A DNA stretch of 64,000 nt from an uncultured Pseudomonadota bacterium (GCA_963843375.1 CAWJKT010000018.1:1-64000), one strand, 5' to 3'. Numbered from the stretch's first letter, positions 23,817 to 35,482 are shown. Notes: a model not told the origin generated them from the sequence alone. Made by a program: numbers and translations.

Positions 23817-25997
23817 CCGCGGCCGAAACGGAAAAGCACTTGATGACAGACAGGGTCTTGGAACACAGCATTTTTTCCAACCGGCCCATTTACATCATGG
23901 ACAAAAATGATCCAGACAAGAAATCCTCCTTTTTCGTGGAAGAAATTCTTAAAGATTGTTTTATCGCAGAGGTCGGCCCCGAGAATTTCACTAAGGTAAA
24001 GCGCGAGAGCCTGAAGGCTAAGGACCTCCAGGTGGTGATTGGACACAAGGACCAGGCTTTTATCTTTTCCTCCCAACTCATGGATTCTTTAGAGGAAACT
24101 CCGAGCAAAAAGAAGAAAAAAAGAACACATTTCTTCTTCCGGAAACCCCCAACAGGCGAGTTGAAGAACCAAAGGGTGGCTACCCGATTCGCCCTCAATA
24201 ACAATTCCTTTTTGCTGAAGGCGGAGATCAAGGTTACGAGCAAGCTTGGCGATTTTACATTCGAGACCCGTCACCTTGTGGACCTGAGCCAAACTTCCCT
24301 GACGTTGTTCCTGGATCGCACCCAGGGGCTGGTCCTACCCGGGGACAGGGTCAAGTCCCTTACGCTTTACAGCCAAAATGAGATTGTCCTAGAAACAGAA
24401 GGTTCTGTTCTGCGCACCGACATGAAGCGGGTGAGCGAGCAGATCGGGAACAGTTATTTCGCAGTCATTGAGATGAAGCGGGAGCCCGTACCAACCCAAT
24501 GGCCTCTTTCGGAGCAAAACGGCACTTGGGGTATCCGCATGGACCGGAACAAAGCTTTCGTCGAGGCAGAGCACTCAATCTTACAGGGATACGGGTTTTC
24601 AGGCGAGGTCCGGTACCTTTCTACTTCTAACGTTTCTTTTTCCGTCGAGAAACAGGAGATACCTTTTGTCGCCGGTATGGTCTTCAACGACATCTACATT
24701 AACATCCCCCCCAACGATCTAAAGCTCAAGGCCTGTCTTCAGATCACTCATTGTAATTCGGAGAATGATCCGGAGGGGAGTTGGTGCGTGGTTTACGGGA
24801 AATTCCTTGGCATGTCAATTGACCTAATCAAAGCGGTCAACCGCCTGAAGGACGGGCTTATCGACCTGCGACTGGTGGAAGCGCAAAGGGAGGATTTTGA
24901 CCAACTCATGGAGTTCTTCTTCGATACGGGGTTCATCTATTCCGCCAAGCGAAAGCAACTCCAGAAGTACTCCGAGGGTGTGAAACGAACCAACCTGAAA
25001 CTGCTCAAGTCTGATGGCGCCATCATCAAAAAGGTCATCTTCAAGGACCACCGCGAAATCAAGGGACATATCTCTGCTCTGAGGTTCTTTGACCGCGCAT
25101 GGTTGGTTCAGCACATGATGACGCATAACACGCCCGGAACGGCAATCGCCCGAGCCATTCTCAATTCCATCTCAAATTTCTTTCAGGACCCCGCCGCCAA
25201 CCGAAAGGTCGGTACTAATTTCGTGACTTGCTACTACCAGCCGGGCAATCTCTATCCGGAGATGGTTTTCGGGGAGACCCAGCGAATGGTCGCCAATCCG
25301 GATATTTGCGGCATAACTGACCTGGATTTCTGCGTCTCGGCTGCGGCGGAAACCGGGCCTGAAGAATGTGAGGGGAAAATCAAGGATCAAATGTCATGAG
25401 GCCCAAGCCCGAGGATCTGGCGCGCCTGGAATGCCTTTTGGTGACCCAAGGACATTTCTTTCCCATCCGCATTGAGGGGCTCACCGCCGAGGGAATGACG
25501 AAACTCGAAGTGTCCGAGGAATACCGGAAAATTGGCCTTTACCGCCACCGCCGAGTTTTCGTTGCCAGGGATTCGGATGGGGAGGCCTTTATGCGATTTG
25601 CAACTATTCCTCTCCGGGTTGCAACCTGTCGGAACTGACGAACTCCTTCCGTTTTTATTATTCCGGCTCAGGGTCGCAGCCTTCCGCGGAGGTGGCCAAT
25701 GCGCTCAGCCAGCATGTCCTTTCCACTTACCGGGAAACGGAGATGAACGCCCCGGCCTTGCTATTGGGTGCCAACCAATTGATACCGGACAAATTCAAAA
25801 AAATCCGAAAATACCGTTACTGGTATTTCGACGCAGCATTCTGCGACCTTTTTAAGAGAGTTTCCGAATTCAACCTTACCAATGCGAAGGAGATCCTAAA
25901 GAAGCTCAGGGCGGGAACCGATTCTGAGAGCGCCAATTTTGGAAAAACAAATCCAGAAACGATAGACAAAAAGGACAAGAAATATGAGTCTGTCTAG
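23813..25997 (+). CDS. Large hypothetical protein with PilZ-like beta-barrel repeats and a C-terminal GNAT-like region, frameshifted into three ORFs
   Basis: Overlaps the methyltransferase stop (ATGA). LVDLSQTSL and VRYLSTSNVSF resemble the PilZ D.S..G motif. FFDTGFIY..K and GHISALRF.DRAWLVQH follow. Continuation ORFs are 25396-25638 and 25692-25997. Confidence 0.5.
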
Positions 25998-28134
25998 CGG
26001 CAAACCCTTCTATTCCGACAGGTTCTACAATGTCAAGATTATGAGGACCTATGTCGCTTACCTGAAGGAAAAGTGTCTTTGGCCTAATGAGAAGATCGAG
26101 CATTTGTTCGATCTCTGCCACTGCGACATCACTTTCCTGGACTCGGAGGACAATTGGTTCGACCAGGACTTGGCGGATAGCTTTTTCGAGAAGGTTCAGA
26201 AGATGACGGGTGATGACCAAATCGCCTATAAGGTCGGCAGCTACGGCTTTTCCGCCTATGCCCGGGGCATCTCTGGAAGGTTGATTCAGGGTTTCGCCAC
26301 GCCCCAGGTAATTTTTCAGAATATCGGTAAGAATTCCATGGCCTATAGCCGTGGAGCGGTTCTTAGTCCATTGAGTGTTACGTCCAAGTCCGCCGTTTTA
26401 AGGTGTACTCCGGTGGAAGGGTGCGATGAAAAACCCTATCAGTGTCTGAATCGCAAAGGAATGCTGGAATCAGTGCCGCTTTATTTCGGTTGCAAAGAGT
26501 CTCGGATCGTGGAAAGCAAGTGCATCCACTGGGGCGACAAATATTGCGAGTACTTAATTGAATGGAAGAACATGACATTTTTCCCCCGGCTCGCGATCAC
26601 TACCGCGACCGGCGGCGCCATCTTTGTGACGGCCTGTCTACTTACCCAAAGCCCTCTTTTTTCACTGGCCATAGGGGCTGGAATGGGTCTCTTGGCCGAC
26701 TTCTGGCTCCTCAGCCGTACTGTGAAAGTTTTGAGGGAATTGATCGTGGAAAAAGACAACGCGCTCCAGGAGTCTTTGCGGATCTTCAACAGGCGCTACG
26801 AGGAAAGCGCTTTGAAGCAGAACCTCATCTTCAGCGCCTTCCAGTCCCTCTCAGTGGAAGAACTATGCCTTAAGACGGCGACTACTACCAAGGAAATCAT
26901 GAAATTTGACCGGGTGTTGATCATGCTCAGCGACAAGGAACGTAATGTTCTCAAAACCGGAGCTGCGGTTGGTTTCAAGGGGAATCTGAAGGAGATCGTG
27001 GAAATGGCTGAATTCAATATCGACCCCAACAATACCACGGGCTTTTTTATCAGCGTTTACAACACTCGGAAGCCGCTTTTCCTCCGCGATATCCCTCATA
27101 AAATGAGCAAATTAAGTCCCCGAAGCCAGCAGCTTCTGAAACTGATGGGGACGAAAGCTTTTATCGTTGTCCCGATCGTCACTTCCGACAAAGCGGTCGG
27201 CGTGATGGCCGTGGAAAACTTGGATGAATCCAGGCCCCTAATTAACGACGACATGGATATCCTCATGGAGATATCGAATTTGATGGGGCTCATCATCCCC
27301 AACGTCAAGAATTTCATCGCCATCAAAAAATCGGAGAAACTTGCCAAGTCCCTTGAGGCGCAGGAACGTCAGCTCCGGCAGATTTTCCAAAAGTTTATAC
27401 CGGGCGAGGCGGTTTCTCGTCTCCAACACTATGGAAGCGAGTTCCTCACCGTTCAAAAACGAATGGTCGACGTTATGTTCGTGGATATCGTGGGTTTTAC
27501 CAGCTTTAGCGAAACGATTCCCCCGGAGGAAGTAGCTGATATCCTTAATATTTATATCCATGAGGTCCAGGAAACGGTCGACCTTTATGGGGGTAGGATC
27601 AACAAGATTATAGGCGACGGGTTACTCATCTATTTTGAGGACGTGGGTCCTAATTCGATTTGCGCCGGATACGCCATCCTGCAGGCCTGCAAAACGATTA
27701 ACGAACGTTTGACTGCGAAGGGTTATCCCCCTGTCTCCATTGGAGTTGGAGCGCACCGAGGTATTTGCAGCATTGGCTATATCGGGACGAAAGAACGACT
27801 GGATTACACCCTTATTGGCGACACGGTTAACGTAGCTTCGCGCATCGAGGGCTATACCCGGAAGATCGGCCCGGACACCTTTTGCTTTTCCTCGACTTTA
27901 ATTGAAGCGGCGAAAGATTTTGAATATGTTTCCAAAGGGAAAGTTCCATTGAAGGGAAGAGAAGAATCAATCGAGGTACTGCAACTTTTGAAACCCTTGA
28001 AGAAAACAAAAAAGGGACTGCTCAAGCCTGTTATTAAACACTTATCTAAGGAAGAGTCCAAACCGGAGTTCACAGGAAAGATCGGCCAGGAATTTCGGGA
28101 GATTGAGAAGCCTGCCATAGGTCGGTTCAACTAA
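25984..28134 (+). CDS. Class III adenylate/guanylate cyclase with N-terminal V4R/H-NOX-like sensor, two transmembrane helices and a GAF domain
   Basis: C.NRKGMLES.P..FG....IVESKC...GD.YCEY.IEW (V4R-like), then GAF (FIVVPI...AVGVMAVEN), then MFVDIVGFT, KIIGDG and YTLIGDTVNVASRIE. Confidence 0.88.
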   Translation: MSLSSGKPFYSDRFYNVKIMRTYVAYLKEKCLWPNEKIEHLFDLCHCDITFLDSEDNWFDQDLADSFFEKVQKMTGDDQIAYKVGSYGFSAYARGISGRLIQGFATPQVIFQNIGKNSMAYSRGAVLSPLSVTSKSAVLRCTPVEGCDEKPYQCLNRKGMLESVPLYFGCKESRIVESKCIHWGDKYCEYLIEWKNMTFFPRLAITTATGGAIFVTACLLTQSPLFSLAIGAGMGLLADFWLLSRTVKVLRELIVEKDNALQESLRIFNRRYEESALKQNLIFSAFQSLSVEELCLKTATTTKEIMKFDRVLIMLSDKERNVLKTGAAVGFKGNLKEIVEMAEFNIDPNNTTGFFISVYNTRKPLFLRDIPHKMSKLSPRSQQLLKLMGTKAFIVVPIVTSDKAVGVMAVENLDESRPLINDDMDILMEISNLMGLIIPNVKNFIAIKKSEKLAKSLEAQERQLRQIFQKFIPGEAVSRLQHYGSEFLTVQKRMVDVMFVDIVGFTSFSETIPPEEVADILNIYIHEVQETVDLYGGRINKIIGDGLLIYFEDVGPNSICAGYAILQACKTINERLTAKGYPPVSIGVGAHRGICSIGYIGTKERLDYTLIGDTVNVASRIEGYTRKIGPDTFCFSSTLIEAAKDFEYVSKGKVPLKGREESIEVLQLLKPLKKTKKGLLKPVIKHLSKEESKPEFTGKIGQEFREIEKPAIGRFN

Positions 28135-28454
28135 AAACCGCTTTTTCTCGGTTGATAAATTGTCTTTTTGTGATCCTTTGGCCGAAAAAAGAATATCCTG
28201 TTCCGAAAACGATATTTGGTTGCAACACTTTCCCGGAAGGTCGTTAAAATTCCAGTGTTAATGCAAAACCCAAATAATTATCGTTAAACCCTGTTCGAAT
28301 TTCCTGCCCAGTCCTATTCTAGAAACAGATCAAGTTTGTGTGACCGGCTTCCCTTTTTAACCGTTTTAAAAAGGGGGCCATCTCGTTTTCTTTGTTGGCT
28401 GATCAAAGTAAGCGGGACCGCAATCCCCCTCAGCCGTCCATAAGGAGGTACTTC

Positions 28455-29714
28455 ATGACCGATCCAGCGGGTGGTTTCTCGCAGGTCGTTCTTTCGGTCC
28501 TTTTCTTTCCAACCTTTTTTGAAAATAACATGATTATTTTTGCTTGGGGAGCTGCGGATCCCGGCTGGCTGATGGCGGCCAAGCGGGTCTTGCTGCTTTT
28601 GCCCGTGGGCGCGGTGATCACCAGCCTCTGGGTCAGTGTCCTTTGCATTCTCTCGGTGGTGGTCCGCCAGAAACGTAAGGACTTCTTCCAGGCGTTTCTT
28701 CTGACTTGGTGGGACTTGGGCAAATCGATTTTCGCCTTTTGGGGCGGTTTTTTGAAATTTTTCCTTGTTCTTGCCAATTCGCTTTTCGCTTTTCTGCGGG
28801 TCCTTGTGACGGGGCTTTGGCTTTTGATACAGGATATTCTGTTGGCGCCGTTTCGTCTCATCAAGACCGTGGCGTCAAACATTTCAGCACCTGGTATTCC
28901 ATGGATCGCGGTGACCTTGACGCTGGTCTGGTGCTTGGTGGAAGCGGTCATTTTCACTTACGTCATGACGCCTCTTGTTATGGACACTTTGTCCAATATG
29001 ACGGGCGGAGACTTGACCGAAGCCGTTATCCGCATACCGCTTTTTCTCTTCCTGCTATTCCTGGTTTTGGGAAGCTATGCGGTACTTTCCAACTGGACGG
29101 AGGTCGTTAAAAGCCGCAACGTCGGAGCCATCGTTAAGATTACGGTGGTGGAATTGGTAGCGGTTATGGTGGAAGTACTGTTCCTTTACCGGGAACTGGT
29201 GGATTCGCTGGTGCCCTGGTTCGCCCAACACGCTTCCAAGGATTTCGACCTGGGGATCGGCGGTACCCTGGGCATCGCCGTTTTGGCATGGTTGGGAGTG
29301 AGGGGCTTGACTTGGTTCCTTTTCGCGTCCCACGGTGTGCCCATCATTACGGCTGTTATACAAGGTAGGGGATTGAAGCCCACCGAGGCTGGAGAAAAGG
29401 CGCAAATCAAAGATACCTTCGCCTATACGGGGGGGTTTTATTACCACCTCAAAACAGACATAAAGTTCATCCAGGAAAAGGGAGACGAGCTTTTGGGTGC
29501 TTTTGTCCTGCCTCCGCTGCAAGTGCTCTCGGCGGTTCTCAATTTTTTTACCCTGCTGGTGGCGGGGCATCATCTTTTTTCCATCCCATTTAAGAGTTTC
29601 CGGGACGTGATGCATTCGAAGGAACTGCTCCAACCTTCTCCCGCACACAAAGAGCGGCGGGAGACAAAACGGCCAAAACCAGAATCCTCCGCAACCTTGG
29701 AGGTGAAGCCATGA
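28455..29714 (+). CDS. Hypothetical polytopic membrane protein
   Basis: Long hydrophobic ORF. The ATG at 28455 follows the RBS AAGGAGGT. Confidence 0.75.
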   Translation: MTDPAGGFSQVVLSVLFFPTFFENNMIIFAWGAADPGWLMAAKRVLLLLPVGAVITSLWVSVLCILSVVVRQKRKDFFQAFLLTWWDLGKSIFAFWGGFLKFFLVLANSLFAFLRVLVTGLWLLIQDILLAPFRLIKTVASNISAPGIPWIAVTLTLVWCLVEAVIFTYVMTPLVMDTLSNMTGGDLTEAVIRIPLFLFLLFLVLGSYAVLSNWTEVVKSRNVGAIVKITVVELVAVMVEVLFLYRELVDSLVPWFAQHASKDFDLGIGGTLGIAVLAWLGVRGLTWFLFASHGVPIITAVIQGRGLKPTEAGEKAQIKDTFAYTGGFYYHLKTDIKFIQEKGDELLGAFVLPPLQVLSAVLNFFTLLVAGHHLFSIPFKSFRDVMHSKELLQPSPAHKERRETKRPKPESSATLEVKP

Positions 29715-30490
29715 ACCGGCCTCTCTTTTTTCGATCGGCCTTGGTCGGTGCCGGACTCCTCTTCCTGTCGGGGTGCTCCTTCTTTAATTTCAATGAGGCA
29801 CCCCAGCCCCGCATGGTGATGTTCGTGGGTGTGGACATCAGCGGGTCTTTCTTAAAAGGGAAATATTTCGACGATTCGATGGATTTCCTGGCCCATTACC
29901 TATACGCCCATTTGAACGGTCTAGGGGGTTTAGAGGTTCCCAAGGCCCTTTTTGTGGGCTCTTTGGGGGGAAAACGGCCGGGGGAACCTAAGGTCTTTTA
30001 TCCGATCGAAACCTTCCAAGGCAAATCGGTCTCGGAAATCGACGACAAGTTGAAGGAGATTTTCCCCAAAAACAAGTTGGATCCCTATACGGATTACAAC
30101 GCCTTCCTTGAACAGGTATCCGACATGGTTAAGGACCGGAAAATGGTCTTGAAACCCATTTCAGTGGTCATGGTGAGCGACGGCGAACTGGATGTGCCGA
30201 GTAAAAATGGACGCCATGACTACCGCAGCATCGATTTTTACCCTATGGAAAAGCTTTCCCGTAATATCACCGTGAGGCTGCTTTACACAAACCCTACGGT
30301 GGGGAAGAAATGGGAAGACGAGATTCCACGGCAGCGGGTAAAAGTTTGGACCCAGGACGCAGAAGTTTTAACGACCTGGAAGGACCCCAAGATCTTCCAG
30401 CCGGATCAGCCAATCGACAAACAGGACAAGTTCTTCGCCTGGTTGAAGGACAATGTGGATTTTAGCGTGAGAATGAAAAGGGTGGATTGA
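29711..30490 (+). CDS. Lipoprotein with a vWA-like domain
   Basis: Lipobox LSGC, MIDAS-like VDISGS and VMVSDG. Translationally coupled (ATGA) to the upstream gene. Confidence 0.7.
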   Translation: MNRPLFFRSALVGAGLLFLSGCSFFNFNEAPQPRMVMFVGVDISGSFLKGKYFDDSMDFLAHYLYAHLNGLGGLEVPKALFVGSLGGKRPGEPKVFYPIETFQGKSVSEIDDKLKEIFPKNKLDPYTDYNAFLEQVSDMVKDRKMVLKPISVVMVSDGELDVPSKNGRHDYRSIDFYPMEKLSRNITVRLLYTNPTVGKKWEDEIPRQRVKVWTQDAEVLTTWKDPKIFQPDQPIDKQDKFFAWLKDNVDFSVRMKRVD

Positions 30491-30520
30491 AGTTTTCGTA
30501 GGGTCGGAATCTAAAGACTT

Positions 30521-30559
30521 ACCCCGGCGTCTTTCGAGATGCCCGGGGTTTTTTATTTT
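30521..30559 (+). terminator. Rho-independent terminator
   Basis: ACCCCGG...CCGGGGT stem followed by a T-tract. Confidence 0.75.
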
Positions 30560-30617
30560 AAAAACAGACGGCCAGAGCGTTAAGGTGGAGAAACGACTGA
30601 TGGCTACAAATAGGGTT

Positions 30618-31763
30618 CTAAGGGATTTGTTGTTTTTTGGAAAAGATGGAGGCGACGATTTCGGCGAAGCGGCTGGGGACTTCCAGCTTGCGGGGCTCAT
30701 CGCCGATAATTGGCTTATCGAACAAAGCGTAAACCTGATTGATTCCCACGTCCTTATACCAAGCAAGGCCCGATTCCATGGCGCCAACGATGGCAATGCA
30801 GGGAATTCCCATTTTTTTTGCCATCTGAGCGACCGCCACGGGAGCTTTTCCTTCTCGGCTGGATTTGTCCAAAAGGCCCTCACCCGTAATCACTAAGTCA
30901 CAGCCCTTCATTTGGTCTTCTAATTTGAGGGTTTGGGCCACAAAGTCAAAACCGCTTTCCAGGTTTGCTCCTAATGCCAGGAGGGCCATTCCCATTCCCC
31001 CGGCGGCGCCCGACCCTTTTTCGTTTTTCAAAAGCATTCCGCAGGCTTTCGATAGGACCCCTTCAAATTGGTAAAGACCCTTTTCCAACTCTTCGATGGC
31101 GTCGGGTGTGGCACCTTTTTGGGGACCGAAGAACCGAGCTGCTCCACTATCCCCCAAGATAGGGACATTGACATCGACTAAACCTATTACATCGATCCCT
31201 TTGAGGAGGAGTTGGATGGGTTCCAAATCAATGGATTGGATCAGTGGAAGATGCTTTCCGGAAAGCCCCTTGGGAGGCAAAGTGCCTTTAGCCTTGAAGG
31301 TCGCCCCTAAAGCCTGAAGGAAACCAAGACCTCCGTCGATCGTGGCGCTTCCTCCTAAAGAGATCTTCAAATGGCGGACTCCATGTTTTTTGACTGCTTC
31401 GGAAACCAGTTCGCCCGCTCCATAGGTCGTAGTTTCCATAGGGTTTCGTTCTTCGGGTGTAAGGCGGAAAAGGCCAGAAGCTTGGGCCATTTCGATAATG
31501 CCGGTATCTTTTTGGGGCAATTGGGCGATGCCGTATTGGGCTTGTTTGGGCCGCATGAGAGGGTCGTTGACTGTGGTGGTAAGGGTCTTCCCTTTCAGAA
31601 GATATATGATGGAAGTCAAGGTGCCTTCGCCGCCATCGGCCACTGGGCAGAGACGAATTTGGGCATCGGGAAGGTTTTTTTGGATTTGGTTTCTGAGAAT
31701 GACCGCGACTTCTTGGGCTGTCGAGACTCCCTTGAACTTATCGGGGGCAATAAGGATTTTCAT
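30618..31763 (-). CDS. glxK: Glycerate kinase (GlxK/GarK family)
   Basis: KILIAPDKFKG, PVADGGEGT, IEMAQASG, GGSATIDGG.G, FGPQKGA, GAAGG and DLVITGEG. Confidence 0.92.
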   Translation of the reverse strand: MKILIAPDKFKGVSTAQEVAVILRNQIQKNLPDAQIRLCPVADGGEGTLTSIIYLLKGKTLTTTVNDPLMRPKQAQYGIAQLPQKDTGIIEMAQASGLFRLTPEERNPMETTTYGAGELVSEAVKKHGVRHLKISLGGSATIDGGLGFLQALGATFKAKGTLPPKGLSGKHLPLIQSIDLEPIQLLLKGIDVIGLVDVNVPILGDSGAARFFGPQKGATPDAIEELEKGLYQFEGVLSKACGMLLKNEKGSGAAGGMGMALLALGANLESGFDFVAQTLKLEDQMKGCDLVITGEGLLDKSSREGKAPVAVAQMAKKMGIPCIAIVGAMESGLAWYKDVGINQVYALFDKPIIGDEPRKLEVPSRFAEIVASIFSKKQQIP

Positions 31764-31900
31764 AAGCTCCTATCACGGTTAGTCTTGATTCGCTTTCCTC
31801 TTTGGCTTTGAGGGGTATAAAATCCTTTTAAGCCAACCGGCACGGCTTTGCTCATTCTTGCCGAACTACCTGTTTACCGGGACTATTTTAGGGGGGAAAA

Positions 31901-33884
31901 ATGACTCCGCAAGATCAATCCATTACTTCTTTACAAAAAGATTCCCTAGCTTTTCCACCTCCCCAGGCTTTGGCGGCCAAGGCCTATATCGGGACTTTCG
32001 AGAAATACAAGGCAATGTATGAGCGTTCGCTGAAAGACTCCCACGGTTTTTGGCTTGAACAAGCCCTTCAGGAACTGCAATGGTTTAAAAAACCGACTCA
32101 AACCCTGGAATACACTTGGGATACCCCCAAACGCATGGTTCAACATACCTGGTTCGCGGACGGTGAGTTGAATGTTTCGGTAAATTGTCTCGACCGGCAT
32201 TTAACAGGCCCGACAAAGGATAAGGTCGCAATCCTGTGGCAGGGTGAAAAAGACGAAGAGGTCCGAAGCCTTACCTATGCCGAACTTCACAAATTAGTCT
32301 GCCAGTTCTCCAATGTCCTGCTTTCAAAGGGGATCAAAAAAGGTGACCGGGTTTGCGTCTATATGCCCATGGTGCCCGAGGCGGCGGTGGCCCTGCTGGC
32401 TTGTGCCCGCATCGGAGCCATCCATTCCGTCGTGTTCGCTGGTTTTTCGGCTGAGTCTCTCAAGAGCCGCATCCAGGATTCCGACAACGTTGCGATTGTA
32501 ACCGCCGATGTGGGGTTTAGGGCGGGAAGAACCATCGCCCTTAAAAATATCGTGGATGAATCACTGAAAGAGTGCCCGATGATCAAGAACGTTATTGTCT
32601 TCCAGAGGGGGGACGGAAAAGTCGAAATGAGAGCGGGGCGAGACCACTGGTGGCACGAAGAGATGAAGAACGCCAGTCCTGAACACCGGGCTGAACCTAT
32701 GAAAGCGGAAGACCCTCTTTTTATCCTTTATACGTCCGGATCCACCGGCAAACCCAAGGGGGTATTGCATACCACGGCGGGTTACCTGTTGTGGGTGGCC
32801 ATGACCCACCGTTATATTTTTGACTACCACCCCCAAGACCTCTATTGGTGTACAGCGGATATCGGATGGGTCACAGGCCATAGCTATATCGTATATGGAC
32901 CACTGGCTAACGGGGCCACCTCGATGATGTTCGAAGGGGTTCCCAATTATCCCGACCCGGGGCGTTTTTGGCAGGTTGTCTCCAAACATAAAGTTAACAT
33001 CTTTTATACGGCTCCCACGGCCATCCGGGCCCTGATGCGGGAGGGAGAAGATTGGCCAAGGAAGTATGATTTGAGTTCCTTGAAAATTCTGGGTTCGGTC
33101 GGTGAGCCCATTAACCCAGAAGCATGGCTTTGGTATCACCGAAATGTGGGACGGGGGAATTGTCCCATAGTGGATACCTGGTGGCAGACCGAAACCGGGG
33201 GATTTATGATTACCCCTTTGCCGGGAAGCTCATACGCTCAAACCCGGCAGCGCCTCCAGGCCTTTTTTTGGGGTTGAACCAGTAGTTCTTCGGGACGATG
33301 GCACGGAATGCAAATCCAATGAAGGGGGAAAACTTTGCATCAAGAAACCCTGGCCCGGCATGATGCGCACAACTTGGGGTGACCACGAGAGGTTTATCAA
33401 TACCTATTTTTCAACATTCAATAATGTTTATTTCACCGGGGATGGATGCCGTATCGACCAAGACGGCGACTACTGGCTTTTGGGACGAGTAGACGATGTG
33501 GTCAATATCTCGGGACATCGGATTGGGACTGCCGAGGTGGAAAGCGCCCTGGTTTCATTTTCGAAAGTTTCGGAGGCCGCGGTGGTGGGTTATCCTCATG
33601 ACATTAAAGGTCAGGCCCTTTACGCGTATGTCACCTTAAAGGAAGGTGTGAGGCGGGACGAGGAGATCAAGAAAGAACTGATCCAACATGTGCGAAAGGA
33701 AATTGGACCCATAGCCCAGCCAGATAAAATCCAATTCGCAGACGGGCTGCCAAAAACCCGGAGTGGAAAAATCATGCGCCGGATATTGAGGAAGATTGCT
33801 GAAAACGACACTGGCAACTTAGGGGATACGAGTACCTTGGCTGATCCATCGGTGGTGGACAAACTCGTGGAAGGGAAGCAATGA
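31901..33884 (+). CDS. acs: Acetyl-CoA synthetase, frameshift near 33225
   Basis: [58 protein letters not shown] and [12 protein letters not shown]. Confidence 0.95.
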
Positions 33885-34069
33885 AGATTTGTCGGCCTTC
33901 GGCGGCCAGTCGAACCCCTGACCCGAAATAAACTGGAATTTTGGCCTGGTCGATGGGATGGGAGTCTATCGAAACAAATATCTCTTTGAATACGTCATAA
34001 TATTAAGTATTAGGGAAGGGAAGCTAACCTTCGTGCAATAATAGCCCATGCAATCCATGAGAGGGTATT

Positions 34070-35248
34070 ATGAAAAAAATATTGGTTATCTTGTTTGCTT
34101 TATCTTTAATGCCGGGCGCTTTGGTTTTGGCCCAGGATGGTGGAGGCCGGAGGAGCGATGAGGGCAACGGGGGTAAATCCGGCTCTGGTAGCGGAGTTCC
34201 ATCTAGGAAGCACTCCAGGGGTCCTAAAAACCATAAAAATCCGGGTGGTCGGAATAATGGAGGAAGTGGCTCCAATTCTTCCTCGGGGGGCTCTTGGAAT
34301 GGGAACGCAAGTGACACCATGCCGCATCATTTCAGCTCAAACCAGCCTGAAAATCATGCTGGAAACGGATTTTCCAGCCCCCAAAACAACTCTAACCATG
34401 CGGGTGGAAGTTTCAACCATTCGGGACGGGTTCCGTCCAACTTAAGGCAAATGGGGATCAGGCATATGCCTGCGCCCCTTAGCAAAAGTAGGATGCTGAC
34501 CGCCGATCCCCAACACTCTTCCATTGTTCGGCCGCAAGTGGGTCCCAGGGGACAGGTTTTGAACGCCTCGGTGATTGCGCCCACGAGCACAAACGCGGTT
34601 TTGATTCGAAACAATTTAACATCAATCAATCACAGTCCCGCCGTCATGGCCCAAATCAACATTTACAACAACCATGAAACGGTCGCCGGCCGGTATTACT
34701 GGCATAACTGGAATGGAACCAATTACTGTCATTATTATGACTCGTGGGGATACCATTGGTATGGTTGGTATTGGGGCAATACCTGTTTTTGGTCCAGGTG
34801 GTATGGAAACAATTGGTGGTGGTATGACCCGGGTTATGCCCGTTGGTGCTATTGGTATGACGGTTACTGGTGGTGGCAAGATCCTTACCAAAACGTGGTT
34901 TATGTTTATAACAATGGCGAATACGATTCCACGGCCGCAAATGGAGCGCCGGTAGCCGCTAACGGGGCATCGGCACCCGCGGGTCCATCCGCCGAAGTCG
35001 ACTATAAGAGCACCGATGGCAGCCGCATGGTCAAGGTCCTCGGCGACGACGCCTTTCTTTACGATACGGTCGATACCGTCAATAACAAACCGTTCTATTT
35101 GGCTTCGGGTGTAAATAATGTCAAATTCTCCGATACAAATAATGGCCAGCCACTGCAAATCATGCTGACCTTTAATAATGGCACGACTGAAACGTTTGAT
35201 TCCGATGGTAATCCTATTAACAACGGTTCAAGCGCGCCCAGCCATTAA
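34070..35248 (+). CDS. Secreted hypothetical protein with a Gly/Ser/Asn-rich region and a Trp/Tyr-rich segment
   Basis: Signal peptide MKKILVILFALSL, a low-complexity N-half and an aromatic-rich block in the middle. Confidence 0.75.
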   Translation: MKKILVILFALSLMPGALVLAQDGGGRRSDEGNGGKSGSGSGVPSRKHSRGPKNHKNPGGRNNGGSGSNSSSGGSWNGNASDTMPHHFSSNQPENHAGNGFSSPQNNSNHAGGSFNHSGRVPSNLRQMGIRHMPAPLSKSRMLTADPQHSSIVRPQVGPRGQVLNASVIAPTSTNAVLIRNNLTSINHSPAVMAQINIYNNHETVAGRYYWHNWNGTNYCHYYDSWGYHWYGWYWGNTCFWSRWYGNNWWWYDPGYARWCYWYDGYWWWQDPYQNVVYVYNNGEYDSTAANGAPVAANGASAPAGPSAEVDYKSTDGSRMVKVLGDDAFLYDTVDTVNNKPFYLASGVNNVKFSDTNNGQPLQIMLTFNNGTTETFDSDGNPINNGSSAPSH

Positions 35249-35299
35249 ACGGTTCAAAAGCTTCTTGGGTTTACGGATTAACTTGCCCGGAGTTTAAAA

Positions 35300-35482
35300 A
35301 TGAATTTTCAAGCCTTTGAAAAGTGGTTGAAGAATTTAAGCGAGGCCGATCGGTCTTATCTTCATCATCATCCGGAATGGAAAAGGGAATATCAAAAAAT
35401 CCAGGAAGCGGGGGTTCTTTCCAAGGGTTTTATTGAAAAAACCATGGAAGTTCTGGAAGGTGGTTCTGAAAGTGAAACCTAA
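35300..35482 (+). CDS. Small hypothetical protein
   Basis: 60-aa ORF with a GGAG RBS and natural-looking composition. Confidence 0.5.
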   Translation: MNFQAFEKWLKNLSEADRSYLHHHPEWKREYQKIQEAGVLSKGFIEKTMEVLEGGSESET

